From Vulcanimicrobiales bacterium (GTDB lineage Bacteria > Vulcanimicrobiota > Vulcanimicrobiia > Vulcanimicrobiales > Vulcanimicrobiaceae), in contig JBBRLI010000025.1 in the NCBI GenBank assembly GCA_038231455.1, positions 1-42,426 on the forward strand: a stretch of 42,426 bases of DNA, in the 5' to 3' direction. The translations under genes and the position numbers were made by a program. Shown one piece after another: positions 8,324-17,454 of the stretch. Under the pieces are notes generated by a model. The model made no database searches and had not been told where the DNA came from. It saw only the letters and a program-made list of their open reading frames with translations. The number at the start of each line of letters is the position of its first letter. The stretch's first letter is position 1.

Positions 8324-10357
8324 ATGTCAGGCGTCTCATCATCCGGAGCTACCGGTACCAACAACCCGCCGGTCTCGTTTCCCGGTATCGCATCGGGAAT
8401 CGATTACAATTCGATCATCGCGAAGTATACAACGCTTACGCTCGCACCCACGAAGCCGCTGCAGACACAAGTCAGCGCGCTCAATGCGGCAAACAACGAG
8501 ATCCTCAAAATTCAAGGTCTCTTTGGCAAGGTGCAAGATTCGCTGACGGCCCTGTCGGCGCCGTCGCTCTTTAGCGCCGTTTCCGCGACCTCGAGTAATA
8601 CGGGTGCCGCAACCGCATCGCAGACGTCGGGCTCGGTCGCAACGCCGGGATCGTACACCATCATCAGTACGACGCTTGCAACCTCGACGCAAATTCTTTC
8701 CAATCCGGCCGCCGGCGCGCCGTCGAACCATACCGTCGCGCTGAACGCAGCCGGTACGTCGATTACGCCGACGAACGGCGGCACGACCGGACAGCCCGGG
8801 AAAATCACGATCGACGGCATCACGACGACGTACGATGTGACGACGCAGTCGCTCGATACGATCGTCGCAAACCTCAACGCAGCATCGGCCGGTAAATATA
8901 CGGTCGCTTATGGAACCGGCGCGCAAACTGATCAGGTGATCATCACGAATACGGCCGGTAACCTCTCGATCGGCTCCGCCGCCGATCAGGGGAATCTCGC
9001 CGACGTCCTCCACTTGACGAACGCGAACATTACGACTTCCGCGCAATCGACGGCAAACATCGGCGGCCTCAACGATTTCATTACGCTGAACACCGGCGGT
9101 AACGCCGGCTACGCGACGGCCGTCACCGCGGGTACCTTCACGATTAATGGCGTGAATTTCTCGGTCGATCCGACAGGAGACAATCTCGCCAACGTCCTCT
9201 CGCGCATCACGCAATCATCGGCCGGCGTCAACGCGACATACAATGCGGCGACGGCGTCCATTCAACTCACGAATAAGACGACCGGCGCACAGAGCATCGT
9301 CGTGAGCGACGGAACGAGCAACTTCCTTACGGCGAGCGGCCTCGTAAGCGGAACGACGAGCGTCGGTCAGCAAGCGAAGATCGTCTATCTCGCTCCCGAC
9401 GGTTCGACGAAAACCACGTACAGCAATTCGAACACCGTCACAAGCGTGATCCCGGGTGTGACGCTCAACTTGGTTTCGGCAGCGATTTCGCCGTTCTCGG
9501 TCAACGTTGCGCTCGACCCAACTCAGGCGACGAGTGCGATCGGCACGTTTGTCACCTCGTTCAACGCGGCGATTAATGAAATCAATGCCGCGACGCAAGC
9601 GCCGGTAATCTCTTCGGGGATCAACGCGCAGAGCGGACAGAACCAGACGCAGCAGCTCACCACGGGCGGCGTGCTCTTCAACTATGACAACTTCGACATC
9701 AACAGTATCAAGAATCAGCTGATCTCGACGGCGACTTCGCTCGTCAACACCGGGTCGTCTAGCTATAACTCGCTCGCATCGATCGGTCTGACGCTTAGTT
9801 CCACCAACACGATCCAAACCGCCACGCCGCCACCCGCGGGCTCCAGTAGTACGGCGCAGCCGACGGTGCAAAACTCGGTTGGCGACGGGACGAGCGGTGC
9901 GTTTAACGCACTCGATATCGCGAAATTTACCGCGGCTCTTGCAGCGGATCCACTGTCGGTCCAAAAGATTTTCACCGGGGTTACCGCGGTAAAAACCAAC
10001 GCGTTCGCCGGGACCTTTCTGCCCGATGCCAATATCAATCCGGGAAGCTATCTCTCAAGCGGATCCATCACGCTGCTGCTCGGCCAGTACCTTACAAGCG
10101 TCACCGGCCTGCCGACCACGCTGCAGAGCGGGTTTGCCGGTTCGATCCCCTCAATCTCGCTGCTCTCGAATCTGCAAACGTCGAATAGTTCGGTCGTCGA
10201 TTCGCTGAACGCGCAGATCAAACAGATCACGGATTCTGCGAACCAGCAGGCTGACGCGCTGCGCCGACAGTTCACAGCAAGTGAGTCGCAGATTGCCGGC
10301 TTGCAAGCCGTCCAACAGTCTCTTGGTTCCCTTACCTCGAGCTTCGGAGGACGTTAG
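8324..10357 (+). CDS. fliD: Flagellar filament cap protein
   Basis: N-terminal SFPGIASGIDYNSII, ATPGSYTIISTTLAT, SNSNTVTSVIPGVTLNL and C-terminal LRRQFTASESQIAGLQ; position in flaG-fliD-fliS. Confidence 0.95.
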   Translation: MSGVSSSGATGTNNPPVSFPGIASGIDYNSIIAKYTTLTLAPTKPLQTQVSALNAANNEILKIQGLFGKVQDSLTALSAPSLFSAVSATSSNTGAATASQTSGSVATPGSYTIISTTLATSTQILSNPAAGAPSNHTVALNAAGTSITPTNGGTTGQPGKITIDGITTTYDVTTQSLDTIVANLNAASAGKYTVAYGTGAQTDQVIITNTAGNLSIGSAADQGNLADVLHLTNANITTSAQSTANIGGLNDFITLNTGGNAGYATAVTAGTFTINGVNFSVDPTGDNLANVLSRITQSSAGVNATYNAATASIQLTNKTTGAQSIVVSDGTSNFLTASGLVSGTTSVGQQAKIVYLAPDGSTKTTYSNSNTVTSVIPGVTLNLVSAAISPFSVNVALDPTQATSAIGTFVTSFNAAINEINAATQAPVISSGINAQSGQNQTQQLTTGGVLFNYDNFDINSIKNQLISTATSLVNTGSSSYNSLASIGLTLSSTNTIQTATPPPAGSSSTAQPTVQNSVGDGTSGAFNALDIAKFTAALAADPLSVQKIFTGVTAVKTNAFAGTFLPDANINPGSYLSSGSITLLLGQYLTSVTGLPTTLQSGFAGSIPSISLLSNLQTSNSSVVDSLNAQIKQITDSANQQADALRRQFTASESQIAGLQAVQQSLGSLTSSFGGR

Positions 10358-10362
10358 TCCAC

Positions 10363-10794
10363 GTGTCGATGCCTAATTTCAAGTATCTCGAAGCGTCGAT
10401 CAATTCGATCCCGCCGGAAGAGTTGAATCTGCGCGTATTCGATGCGCTCGTCATGTTCGCAAAGCAAGGCGTCGCCGCGCTTCGCGAGACGCCCGACGAC
10501 ATCCAGCGCAAGCACGATCTGTTACGTCGCGCCCAGCGCGCGTGTGCGCTCTTGATGGGGTCGCTCGACTTCGAAGTTGGCGGGGAACTGGCGCGTAATC
10601 TCTTCCGCGTCTATGAATTCTGGCATCACGAACTCGTCATGGCAAATATGTACGGCGATCCGGAACGCGTCGAGCGTCTCATTCCGGATTTCGTATCGTA
10701 CCGTGAGACCTGGGGCGAGGCGATTCGCCGCTACCGGGTCGAACATAGCTCGGGCCGACGCGATCAAGAGCGACTCGAACTCGTCGGATCGTGA
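10363..10794 (+). CDS. fliS: Flagellin export chaperone
   Basis: SIPPEELNLRVFD...LMGSLDFEVGGELARNLFRVYEF...YRETW FliS motif. Start is GTG 10363 or ATG 10369. Confidence 0.92.
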   Translation: MSMPNFKYLEASINSIPPEELNLRVFDALVMFAKQGVAALRETPDDIQRKHDLLRRAQRACALLMGSLDFEVGGELARNLFRVYEFWHHELVMANMYGDPERVERLIPDFVSYRETWGEAIRRYRVEHSSGRRDQERLELVGS

Positions 10795-11174
10795 ACCCAA
10801 CCGATCGCGACGCGATCCGCGCGCGCGTCGGTGCGGCACTTGCCGAACTCGAGCGCTCGACGGAATCCGTCAACGTCGCCTTACGAGCGCAAGATCACGA
10901 TCCCATCGACGCCGCGATCCTCGATCAGCGTCGCATCACGCACGAGATCACGGTGCTTTTGGATGCCGACCCATCGCTGCGTGAAGGCGACGTCGGCGCG
11001 CACATCGGCCGACGCCTCAAACACGTCCAGTTAGTGCGGGACGAACAGATCAAGTATTTACGCGGGTACAATAGTGCGCTTGGCGGCCGGTTGCGCGCGC
11101 TCGCGCGTTTCAAAGCAAGTCCGATGGGGCGCCAGCCCGACTCGCGTTCGATCCTCTTTGAGGACGTTCGCTAG
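10791..11174 (+). CDS. FliT/FlgN-like helical flagellar chaperone
   Basis: 127 aa all-helical ORF with GTGA overlap to fliS; occupies the usual fliT position. Family is assigned from context only. Confidence 0.55.
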   Translation: MNPTDRDAIRARVGAALAELERSTESVNVALRAQDHDPIDAAILDQRRITHEITVLLDADPSLREGDVGAHIGRRLKHVQLVRDEQIKYLRGYNSALGGRLRALARFKASPMGRQPDSRSILFEDVR

Positions 11175-11947
11175 CGTTCGCCGCTGAAGAGATACTCGAG
11201 CGTCGCGACTTCATGACGTTCGGGCGCCGCGCCGACGAGTGCATTGAACGGTACGATTTTCTCGACACCGTTCTCCGAGACCAGCATTCGGCGCATGTTG
11301 GTCACGGCGTCTGGTTCCCACACACGCGGCATCACCAGGTCGGTCGAACGCTCGTAGTGCCCGCAGCGCACGCCGCCGGCAAGTCGTACGACGTATCCGG
11401 CATCGGTCATCCGTTCGCAGAAGCGATAATCTTCGTTACAGAGCCGCACGCGATGCTGCTCGCGTTCGATGAAGATCTGTGGCGAAAAATACGGCCGCTC
11501 GAGCGTGCGTGATTTGGCAACGTCGATGAGGACGCAGCCGAATCCAACGCCGCTTACGGGATCTGCCGACGAGTTGGTAAATGCGGGGATGGCTGCTGTT
11601 GATGTGCTGTTCGAATGCCACGTGTCGACGGCCATGGGTTTTTGTCCGTCGCGACTGTAGTACAAACCGCCGACGACGCCCGTGCGGTCATCGGAACGGG
11701 CGATGTCGATCAACGCTTGAATAACATTTGGCGGCACGACGATGTCGTCGTCGATCATCAACAAATAATCGAAGTCTCGCTCGATTGCCTCGCGCAGAAT
11801 CATCTCGCGTTGCGCAGGTACGTAGTTACCGAAGTAGAGCGTTCGGTCGAAGAGCGTGCAGTCGGCGGGCAACACGAGTGTCGCGAGTCCCTCGAGAAAC
11901 GGTTTGCTCATCGAGGACGCCGTCGGAATGCCGAGAAGAATTTTCAT
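11171..11947 (-). CDS. Small GT2/GT-A fold glycosyltransferase
   Basis: MKILLGIPT, DYLLMIDDDIVVP (DxD), VVGGLY, GVGFGCVLI and NEDYRFCER motifs. Confidence 0.8.
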   Translation of the reverse strand: MKILLGIPTASSMSKPFLEGLATLVLPADCTLFDRTLYFGNYVPAQREMILREAIERDFDYLLMIDDDIVVPPNVIQALIDIARSDDRTGVVGGLYYSRDGQKPMAVDTWHSNSTSTAAIPAFTNSSADPVSGVGFGCVLIDVAKSRTLERPYFSPQIFIEREQHRVRLCNEDYRFCERMTDAGYVVRLAGGVRCGHYERSTDLVMPRVWEPDAVTNMRRMLVSENGVEKIVPFNALVGAAPERHEVATLEYLFSGER

Positions 11948-13506
11948 CGTGCGATCGTTTCAAGATAGGCGAGCACATCCTTCGCGTAACCGTCCAAGAC
12001 AGGATCGACGGTCGCGAGTGCTTCGTCGGGTGTTTTCGTTGCGGCGCGCAGCGCGTATTTCGTCATCAGATTCTGCGCGCGCTTCGCGTATTCGACCAGT
12101 GCCGGGACGGGCACGGCGCGCTCGCCATCGCTTACCGCCGTCGGCTGGAGAATGAGTGCGATTTGACGAGCGCGGAGAAACGGGAGCGAACCGCGCGCGA
12201 CGGCTTTGTTGACGAAGTCGCGTTCGGGAGCGGCGATGCTCGAAACGAGCGAACCGGCGGAAGCGATTCGTTCTCGCGAGAGCGGCGCGAGCGGTTCGAT
12301 TCGTACGGAGGCCTCGGCAACCTCCATCGATTTACGCAAACGTTTGGCGACCCAGAGCCGGTTGAGGACGATCGTCTGTTCTTCGATGAAGACCGCCAGA
12401 CCAAACGGATCGCTCTCGTCGGGAGAACGTCCCGCGGCGATGAGATTCGCGAGCAAAAAATGCGCGAGCATACCGACACCGGAGCTTGCGAACATCCCCC
12501 CGATTGCATCGAGCCGTGCCCGATCGATCGTCCGCACGAGAACTAAAGGCCGCTCCGCTTCCGGCGGTTGAGCCGCAACCGGCGCCGTCGGAATCGCCGC
12601 TTCAACGAAGGGCGCGGGCGCGACGGGTGCCGGGGCGAGGGGCATGGCGACGATGGCTGGCTCATCCGGCGTGGGAGCTTCAGTCGGCGAAACCGTGGCC
12701 GCGTCCGGGGCTATCCGTGCGGACTCCACGGGGGGCGGGGCGGGCGCCCCGTCCATACTGGGCGCTGATGTCGAAAGGGCGGCGTCGACGGCCTCAAAAA
12801 CCATCGCTTCCTCCGGCTCGAGTTCGTAGAATGGCGATTCAATCGCTTCGATCGGCGGCGCGAGCGGAGCGGCGTCCGGCATCACGATGGGAGCCGTTAC
12901 GGCTATCTTGGCCGGTACCGATTGCGCCGGCCCGGGTAGCGTCACTCCGCGCTGTTGCGCCGCCGGCGCAGCGCGTTCGAGAGCGATTGGCGATGCGGCG
13001 ATCACCGGCGCGCTCGTCCCCCGGACGTCGGCCTCAACGTGGACCAGACCGAGTCCCGGCTCGACCAGAGCCGTAGCGACCACCGTCCGCCGTCCGCCGC
13101 TGGGGATCGTGCCGAGCGCAAGACCGTTCTCAAAGAGCGCCTCGACGTCGGCTGCTTCAAGTGGGTCTTCATCGAGCATCGCATCGGTGTCCAGCGGTCG
13201 AGCGCCCTGCCCGTAGCCGATGCGCAGAAAGACGCCCATCGCGTCGTCGGCGCCTTCATTTTGAACCGCAACGGCAAGCGTGACGCGTGCGCCGGCAATA
13301 AGGCCGGAGGGCGGACGAGCTACGAAGTGGACGAGCAGAAGGGCGCCCGCGGGGCGCGCCGGGGTTTCGTCCGGGGCAAGCAGATCGACCCGCGATGTCC
13401 CCGCGTGCCGCCAGGGGCTTGCGGTTTGGCTCACGCCAAGCGAACGCCGCGACAAGTCCAGCAGCCGGAGGTCGGCGCTTCGTTCGTAGGCGTTGTCGTC
13501 GTTCAT
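11944..13506 (-). CDS. Hypothetical protein: Ig/DUF11-like N-terminal domain, Pro/Ala-rich linker, helical C-terminal domain
   Basis: GARVTLAVAVQNEGADDAMGVFLRI...LGTIPSGGRRTV resembles a DUF11/CARDB beta-sandwich; ATGA overlaps on both sides. Confidence 0.7.
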   Translation of the reverse strand: MNDDNAYERSADLRLLDLSRRSLGVSQTASPWRHAGTSRVDLLAPDETPARPAGALLLVHFVARPPSGLIAGARVTLAVAVQNEGADDAMGVFLRIGYGQGARPLDTDAMLDEDPLEAADVEALFENGLALGTIPSGGRRTVVATALVEPGLGLVHVEADVRGTSAPVIAASPIALERAAPAAQQRGVTLPGPAQSVPAKIAVTAPIVMPDAAPLAPPIEAIESPFYELEPEEAMVFEAVDAALSTSAPSMDGAPAPPPVESARIAPDAATVSPTEAPTPDEPAIVAMPLAPAPVAPAPFVEAAIPTAPVAAQPPEAERPLVLVRTIDRARLDAIGGMFASSGVGMLAHFLLANLIAAGRSPDESDPFGLAVFIEEQTIVLNRLWVAKRLRKSMEVAEASVRIEPLAPLSRERIASAGSLVSSIAAPERDFVNKAVARGSLPFLRARQIALILQPTAVSDGERAVPVPALVEYAKRAQNLMTKYALRAATKTPDEALATVDPVLDGYAKDVLAYLETIAR

Positions 13507-14534
13507 CGCGAGGCGGGAGCTCGGGAGAAGAGGCGCACGAAAAACGGACGCCTATCGGGGGGAGGCGGCTCAACCGACGCAATGCGGGACGGCTCCGGCG
13601 CGATCAGGACCGTCGCGCTCGCCGCGCTCCGGGTGCGTTCGATGGGCTCGGCTGCGCGAGCGGGAACCGCGTTACGCGGCGTTGCGCTCGCGGGTTCGTC
13701 GAGGAACTCGGGAACACTGAGACCGCGGCTGCGGACCGCGGCTACGGCATGATCGACGGTAACGAACGCCGTGCCCCGTCCGGCGGCTTCTTCAAACGCC
13801 AAGTGCGAGAGCAAGAGCAAACGGCGCGGATAGCCTGCAGAAGCCTCCACGATCGTGTTGAGCGCCGCGGGATCGATCACGGATTGTTCGGCGGAGAGTC
13901 CTGCGAGTTTGAGGCGGTGCGCGATGAGGGCGCGCGCGTCCGCGGACGCGAGCGGTTCGAGATTCAGCCACGAGTCAACGCGATCCGCAAGGTTGGGGCG
14001 CGCGCGAATGCGCTCGCGTAATTCGGATTGCCCGGAGAGAACGATATTGAGGAGCTTGCGATCCGGGATACTGTAGTTGAGCAAAAGGCGCAGCGACTCG
14101 AGGCTCTCATCGCTCAAATTCTGCGCTTCGTCGACGACGAGCACGAGAATCCGGTTGTCGAGGACGGCCGTGTCGAAGACGAAATTTTTCAATGCGTTGC
14201 GCAAGACGCCGCTCGAGCGTGCCGGTAAACTCAGTCCGAACGCGCGGCTGAGCGCAACGAGAAACTCTTCGTCGCTCGAAAACATCGGATCGTTTAAACG
14301 TGCGACGACCATGCGATCGTCGACGAGCAGCGAGCGCTCGATCAGCGCGAGCATACTGGTCTTTCCGGTACCCGGCTCGCCGGTGAGGACGACCAGGCCG
14401 CGCGATTCGCTGATGCTTGCAAGAAGCCGGCGCTGGGCGGCGAGTCGATCGATCGTTTCCCAATGAAAGTAGGGATCGGACGTATCGAGAAACGGATCGC
14501 GGACCAGTCCGAACGTCCGGTAGTAGGCGCTCAT
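13503..14534 (-). CDS. ExeA/GspA-family AAA+ ATPase
   Basis: YYRTFGLVRDPF N-terminus, Walker A GEPGTGKT, Walker B LVVDEAQNL, LSGQSEL, SAGYPRRL. ATG 14534 is preferred over TTG 14555. Confidence 0.88.
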   Translation of the reverse strand: MSAYYRTFGLVRDPFLDTSDPYFHWETIDRLAAQRRLLASISESRGLVVLTGEPGTGKTSMLALIERSLLVDDRMVVARLNDPMFSSDEEFLVALSRAFGLSLPARSSGVLRNALKNFVFDTAVLDNRILVLVVDEAQNLSDESLESLRLLLNYSIPDRKLLNIVLSGQSELRERIRARPNLADRVDSWLNLEPLASADARALIAHRLKLAGLSAEQSVIDPAALNTIVEASAGYPRRLLLLSHLAFEEAAGRGTAFVTVDHAVAAVRSRGLSVPEFLDEPASATPRNAVPARAAEPIERTRSAASATVLIAPEPSRIASVEPPPPDRRPFFVRLFSRAPASR

Positions 14535-14584
14535 GACATCCGGTGTTTTTGACAAGGAAGCGTGATTCCATTTGCCCGCCGCGC

Positions 14585-15670
14585 TCAGCGGCGTGGCACG
14601 CGGTCCACCGATTCGTAGCGTGCGAGTTCATCCTCGCAAAGCGCGGCAACGTCGGCGCCTCCGGACCACGCGCGATACCAGGCGACGGTCTGGGCGATCG
14701 TCGCATCGATTCCGTAGGCCGGCCGCCATCCGAGTCGCGTTCGGAGTTTTGCCGAATCGACCATGAGGAGTTCGGCTTCGTGTGCGGCCGAAACATCGGG
14801 CGCTTCGATCGGCGCCGGCGCGCCCCACGATGCTGCAAAAACGCTTGCGACCGAACGAACGCTGCGCGCGTCGGCGACGTCGGGTCCGACGTTCCACGCA
14901 TCGCCCAGTGCGCGCCCGTCTGCCCCGAGCATCGCTTCTGCTAACTGCACGTATGCATCGAGTGCGTCAAGAACGAACTGCCAAGGACGTATCGCTCCCG
15001 GTCGCCGCAAGATGACCGCCCGCTGCGCGATCGCCGCTTCGACGAGATCGACGACCAGTCGCGCCGGCGACCAATCGCCGCCGCCGATGACGTTTCCGGC
15101 ACGCACCGTCGCAAGCGTCGGTCCGGTCGCAAAATAGGAAGCGCGGTAGGCCGAGACGACGTGTTCCGAACACGCTTTACTCGCCGCGTACGGATCGCGG
15201 CCACCGAGTGCATCGGTCTCGCGGTACGCCCACGGCCATTCGCGGTTTTCATAACACTTGTCGCTGGTCGCGACGACGATCGCGCGCGTTGCATCGCATT
15301 CGCGAATCGCATCGAGAAGGTTGGCAAGCCCCACAACGTTCGTTGCAAATGTCGCCGCCGGGCGCGCGTAGCCGTCGAGCACGAGCGACTGTGCCGCAAG
15401 TGCGAAGACGACCTCCGGTTGCGATTCAGCGACGACGCCCCGCACCGCCACTCCATCGCAGACATCACCAATATGCGATGTGATACGCTCGCCCACTCGC
15501 GCGAGCTGGAAGAGGCTCGGCGTCGTCGCGGGAGCGAGTGAAAAGCCCGTAACCCGCGCGCCGCGCCGGGCAAGCATGAGCGCAAGCCAAGCGCCTTTAA
15601 AGCCCGTATGCCCGGTCACGAGAACTCGGCGGCCGCGCCAGAACGCGGCGCCGTTTGCCGCCGTGCTCAA
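14585..15670 (-). CDS. rfbG: CDP-glucose 4,6-dehydratase
   Basis: FWRGRRVLVTGHTGFKGAWL, TSDKCYENREW, DPYAASK, RAGNVIGGGDW, RPWQ. Confidence 0.95.
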   Translation of the reverse strand: MSTAANGAAFWRGRRVLVTGHTGFKGAWLALMLARRGARVTGFSLAPATTPSLFQLARVGERITSHIGDVCDGVAVRGVVAESQPEVVFALAAQSLVLDGYARPAATFATNVVGLANLLDAIRECDATRAIVVATSDKCYENREWPWAYRETDALGGRDPYAASKACSEHVVSAYRASYFATGPTLATVRAGNVIGGGDWSPARLVVDLVEAAIAQRAVILRRPGAIRPWQFVLDALDAYVQLAEAMLGADGRALGDAWNVGPDVADARSVRSVASVFAASWGAPAPIEAPDVSAAHEAELLMVDSAKLRTRLGWRPAYGIDATIAQTVAWYRAWSGGADVAALCEDELARYESVDRVPRR

Positions 15671-17409
15671 CGACTGGACGATGCGGGAACGTGGTACAGC
15701 ATCGCTCCGCTCAATTCGCGCCGCCAGGCCTCGAGAGCCTCGAAATCGCGCGCGTCGGGCTTGGGTCCGGCAAAGAGATTCGTGAGTCGTTCGAAGTGAC
15801 GTTCGCGCAAGAGCGCGTGCTCGGCGTTCACATCAAGTGATTCATAGTATTGCGAGAGCAACTTGACGTACCATGTCTTGAAATCTTCATGCATGCCAAC
15901 GATGATCTGTCGTATTGAAAGAATGTCGAGCGTGCGCTTCCCCGTCCAGCCGGCGCCACCGCTCATAATCAAACGCAGGACGTATTCCCATTCGGCAAGC
16001 GGACCGGATTGCGGCCGAATGAGATCGACGTAGTCCCAGCACTCCCGACGATGCACGAGCGCATCGAGCGGAATGTCGTCGGCGATGCCGAGCGGTCGTG
16101 AGCTATCGTTGTACACGTTCTCGTCGATACGCGGATCGGACGTCGAGGTAAGCGACCCGCCAGTGGCCGTTTCCGATCGGGCGTTGGCGGTCGCGATCGA
16201 AATCGAAAAGCCCGCGCGCAGTTGCTCGACCGCCGACTTCAAGTGGTCGGGTTCGAACGTATTTCCTTCGTGCACGTAAGCGATTGCGTCACCGCCTGCG
16301 AGTTCCATTGCCCGCCGACGGTGCGTCGTGCGCAGCGGAGTAACGGGATCGGAAAAGACTTGAACGCGGCCGTGACCGAGCGTCATGCAGACGTAATCGC
16401 TTATGTCGTACCCCAATGGAGATGCGATGACAACGTCATAGTTGGTAAACGTCTGCGCTTTGATCGAATCCAAGGTCCGTTTGAGCAGCCCCATGCGACC
16501 CTCGAACAAGACCAGCACCGTCACGCGATCGATTGGCTCGGCTTTGGGGCCACGCGTAAGTGCGATGAGACGTTCGCACAGTGCTGCTGCGCTCGGTAAT
16601 TGGGAAGCAGCACCGGTCAGCCATGCGGCAACTTCCCCTCGACGTCCACGCAAACCCCGCGCCGTTATCGGCGTGAGATTTTTCTCGATGACCTGCAAGA
16701 GTTCTCTCACGTTATTGCCGGCCACATGCCACGCCGTTCCCGTTTGTTGGGCGTCGTGGAAGCGGATGATGCACGAGGGTGTCGGTCGGAAGCCAAACGT
16801 TTTTCCAGCGGCGGCAAGACGGATGACGTATTCGTAATCAGATCCGGTGAATGCGTTGTCCATCGGACCGCATTCTTCGATGAGATCGCGGCGAAAGAGC
16901 ATGGTCGGCCAGCACATGTAGCAGCCGCGTGTGATCAAATCCGGGAATTCCGGCCGGCCGCCGGTATACGCGAAATTTGGGTGGCCCGGGGCCGAGCGCG
17001 CGTCGTAGACGGCGCCATCGGAAAACGCAACGAGCGTATCGGTGTAAAAGACATCGATTTCGGGATGTTCTTCGTACCATGCCAGCGAGCGCGCGAGGTG
17101 ACCGGGCAAGAAACGATCGTCGGCAGAAAGCCAGACGACATAATCGCCACGCGAGTGTTCGAACGCGCGATTGTGATTGCCCGTTACACCAAGGTTGGTC
17201 TCGTTGACGAAGACGCGCAAGCGCGGATCCGCGCGATAGGGTTCGATCCGTTCGAGCGTGTCATCCGTCGAGCCGTTGTCGACCAGGACGACTTCGAAGT
17301 CGACACCTTTCTGGATGAAGATGCTGTCGAGCGCCTGCGTGATGTAGTGTGCATAATTATACGAGGTCACGAGTACGCTCACGCGCGGATTCGTCGTCCG
17401 GATCTCCAT
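15667..17409 (-). CDS. Two-domain GT2 glycosyltransferase
   Basis: VSVLVTSYNYAHYI...VDNGSTD...WLSADD first GT2 domain; second diverged GT2 domain (LLKRTLDSIKAQTFTNYDVVI). Confidence 0.88.
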   Translation of the reverse strand: MEIRTTNPRVSVLVTSYNYAHYITQALDSIFIQKGVDFEVVLVDNGSTDDTLERIEPYRADPRLRVFVNETNLGVTGNHNRAFEHSRGDYVVWLSADDRFLPGHLARSLAWYEEHPEIDVFYTDTLVAFSDGAVYDARSAPGHPNFAYTGGRPEFPDLITRGCYMCWPTMLFRRDLIEECGPMDNAFTGSDYEYVIRLAAAGKTFGFRPTPSCIIRFHDAQQTGTAWHVAGNNVRELLQVIEKNLTPITARGLRGRRGEVAAWLTGAASQLPSAAALCERLIALTRGPKAEPIDRVTVLVLFEGRMGLLKRTLDSIKAQTFTNYDVVIASPLGYDISDYVCMTLGHGRVQVFSDPVTPLRTTHRRRAMELAGGDAIAYVHEGNTFEPDHLKSAVEQLRAGFSISIATANARSETATGGSLTSTSDPRIDENVYNDSSRPLGIADDIPLDALVHRRECWDYVDLIRPQSGPLAEWEYVLRLIMSGGAGWTGKRTLDILSIRQIIVGMHEDFKTWYVKLLSQYYESLDVNAEHALLRERHFERLTNLFAGPKPDARDFEALEAWRRELSGAMLYHVPASSSR

Positions 17410-17417
17410 ACTTTAAA

Positions 17418-17446
17418 ATATCGGCCTAGGGGTACGGGGATCTTAG
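17418..17446 (-). promoter_or_regulatory. sigma28 (FliA/SigD) promoter, internal to the rfb operon
   Basis: Minus strand reads CTAAG-N16-GCCGATAT, a perfect SigD -10 box, then 8 nt to ATG 17409; it fills most of the 45-bp rfbF-GT2 gap. Confidence 0.85.
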
Positions 17447-17454
17447 AACGCCGC

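Noticed and set aside
13503-14534. ATPase as a transposon helper (TniB/IstB/TnsC-like)
   Set aside because: No transposase or integrase, terminal repeats or target duplications are visible; the N-terminal YxxxFGLxxxPF is ExeA-type.
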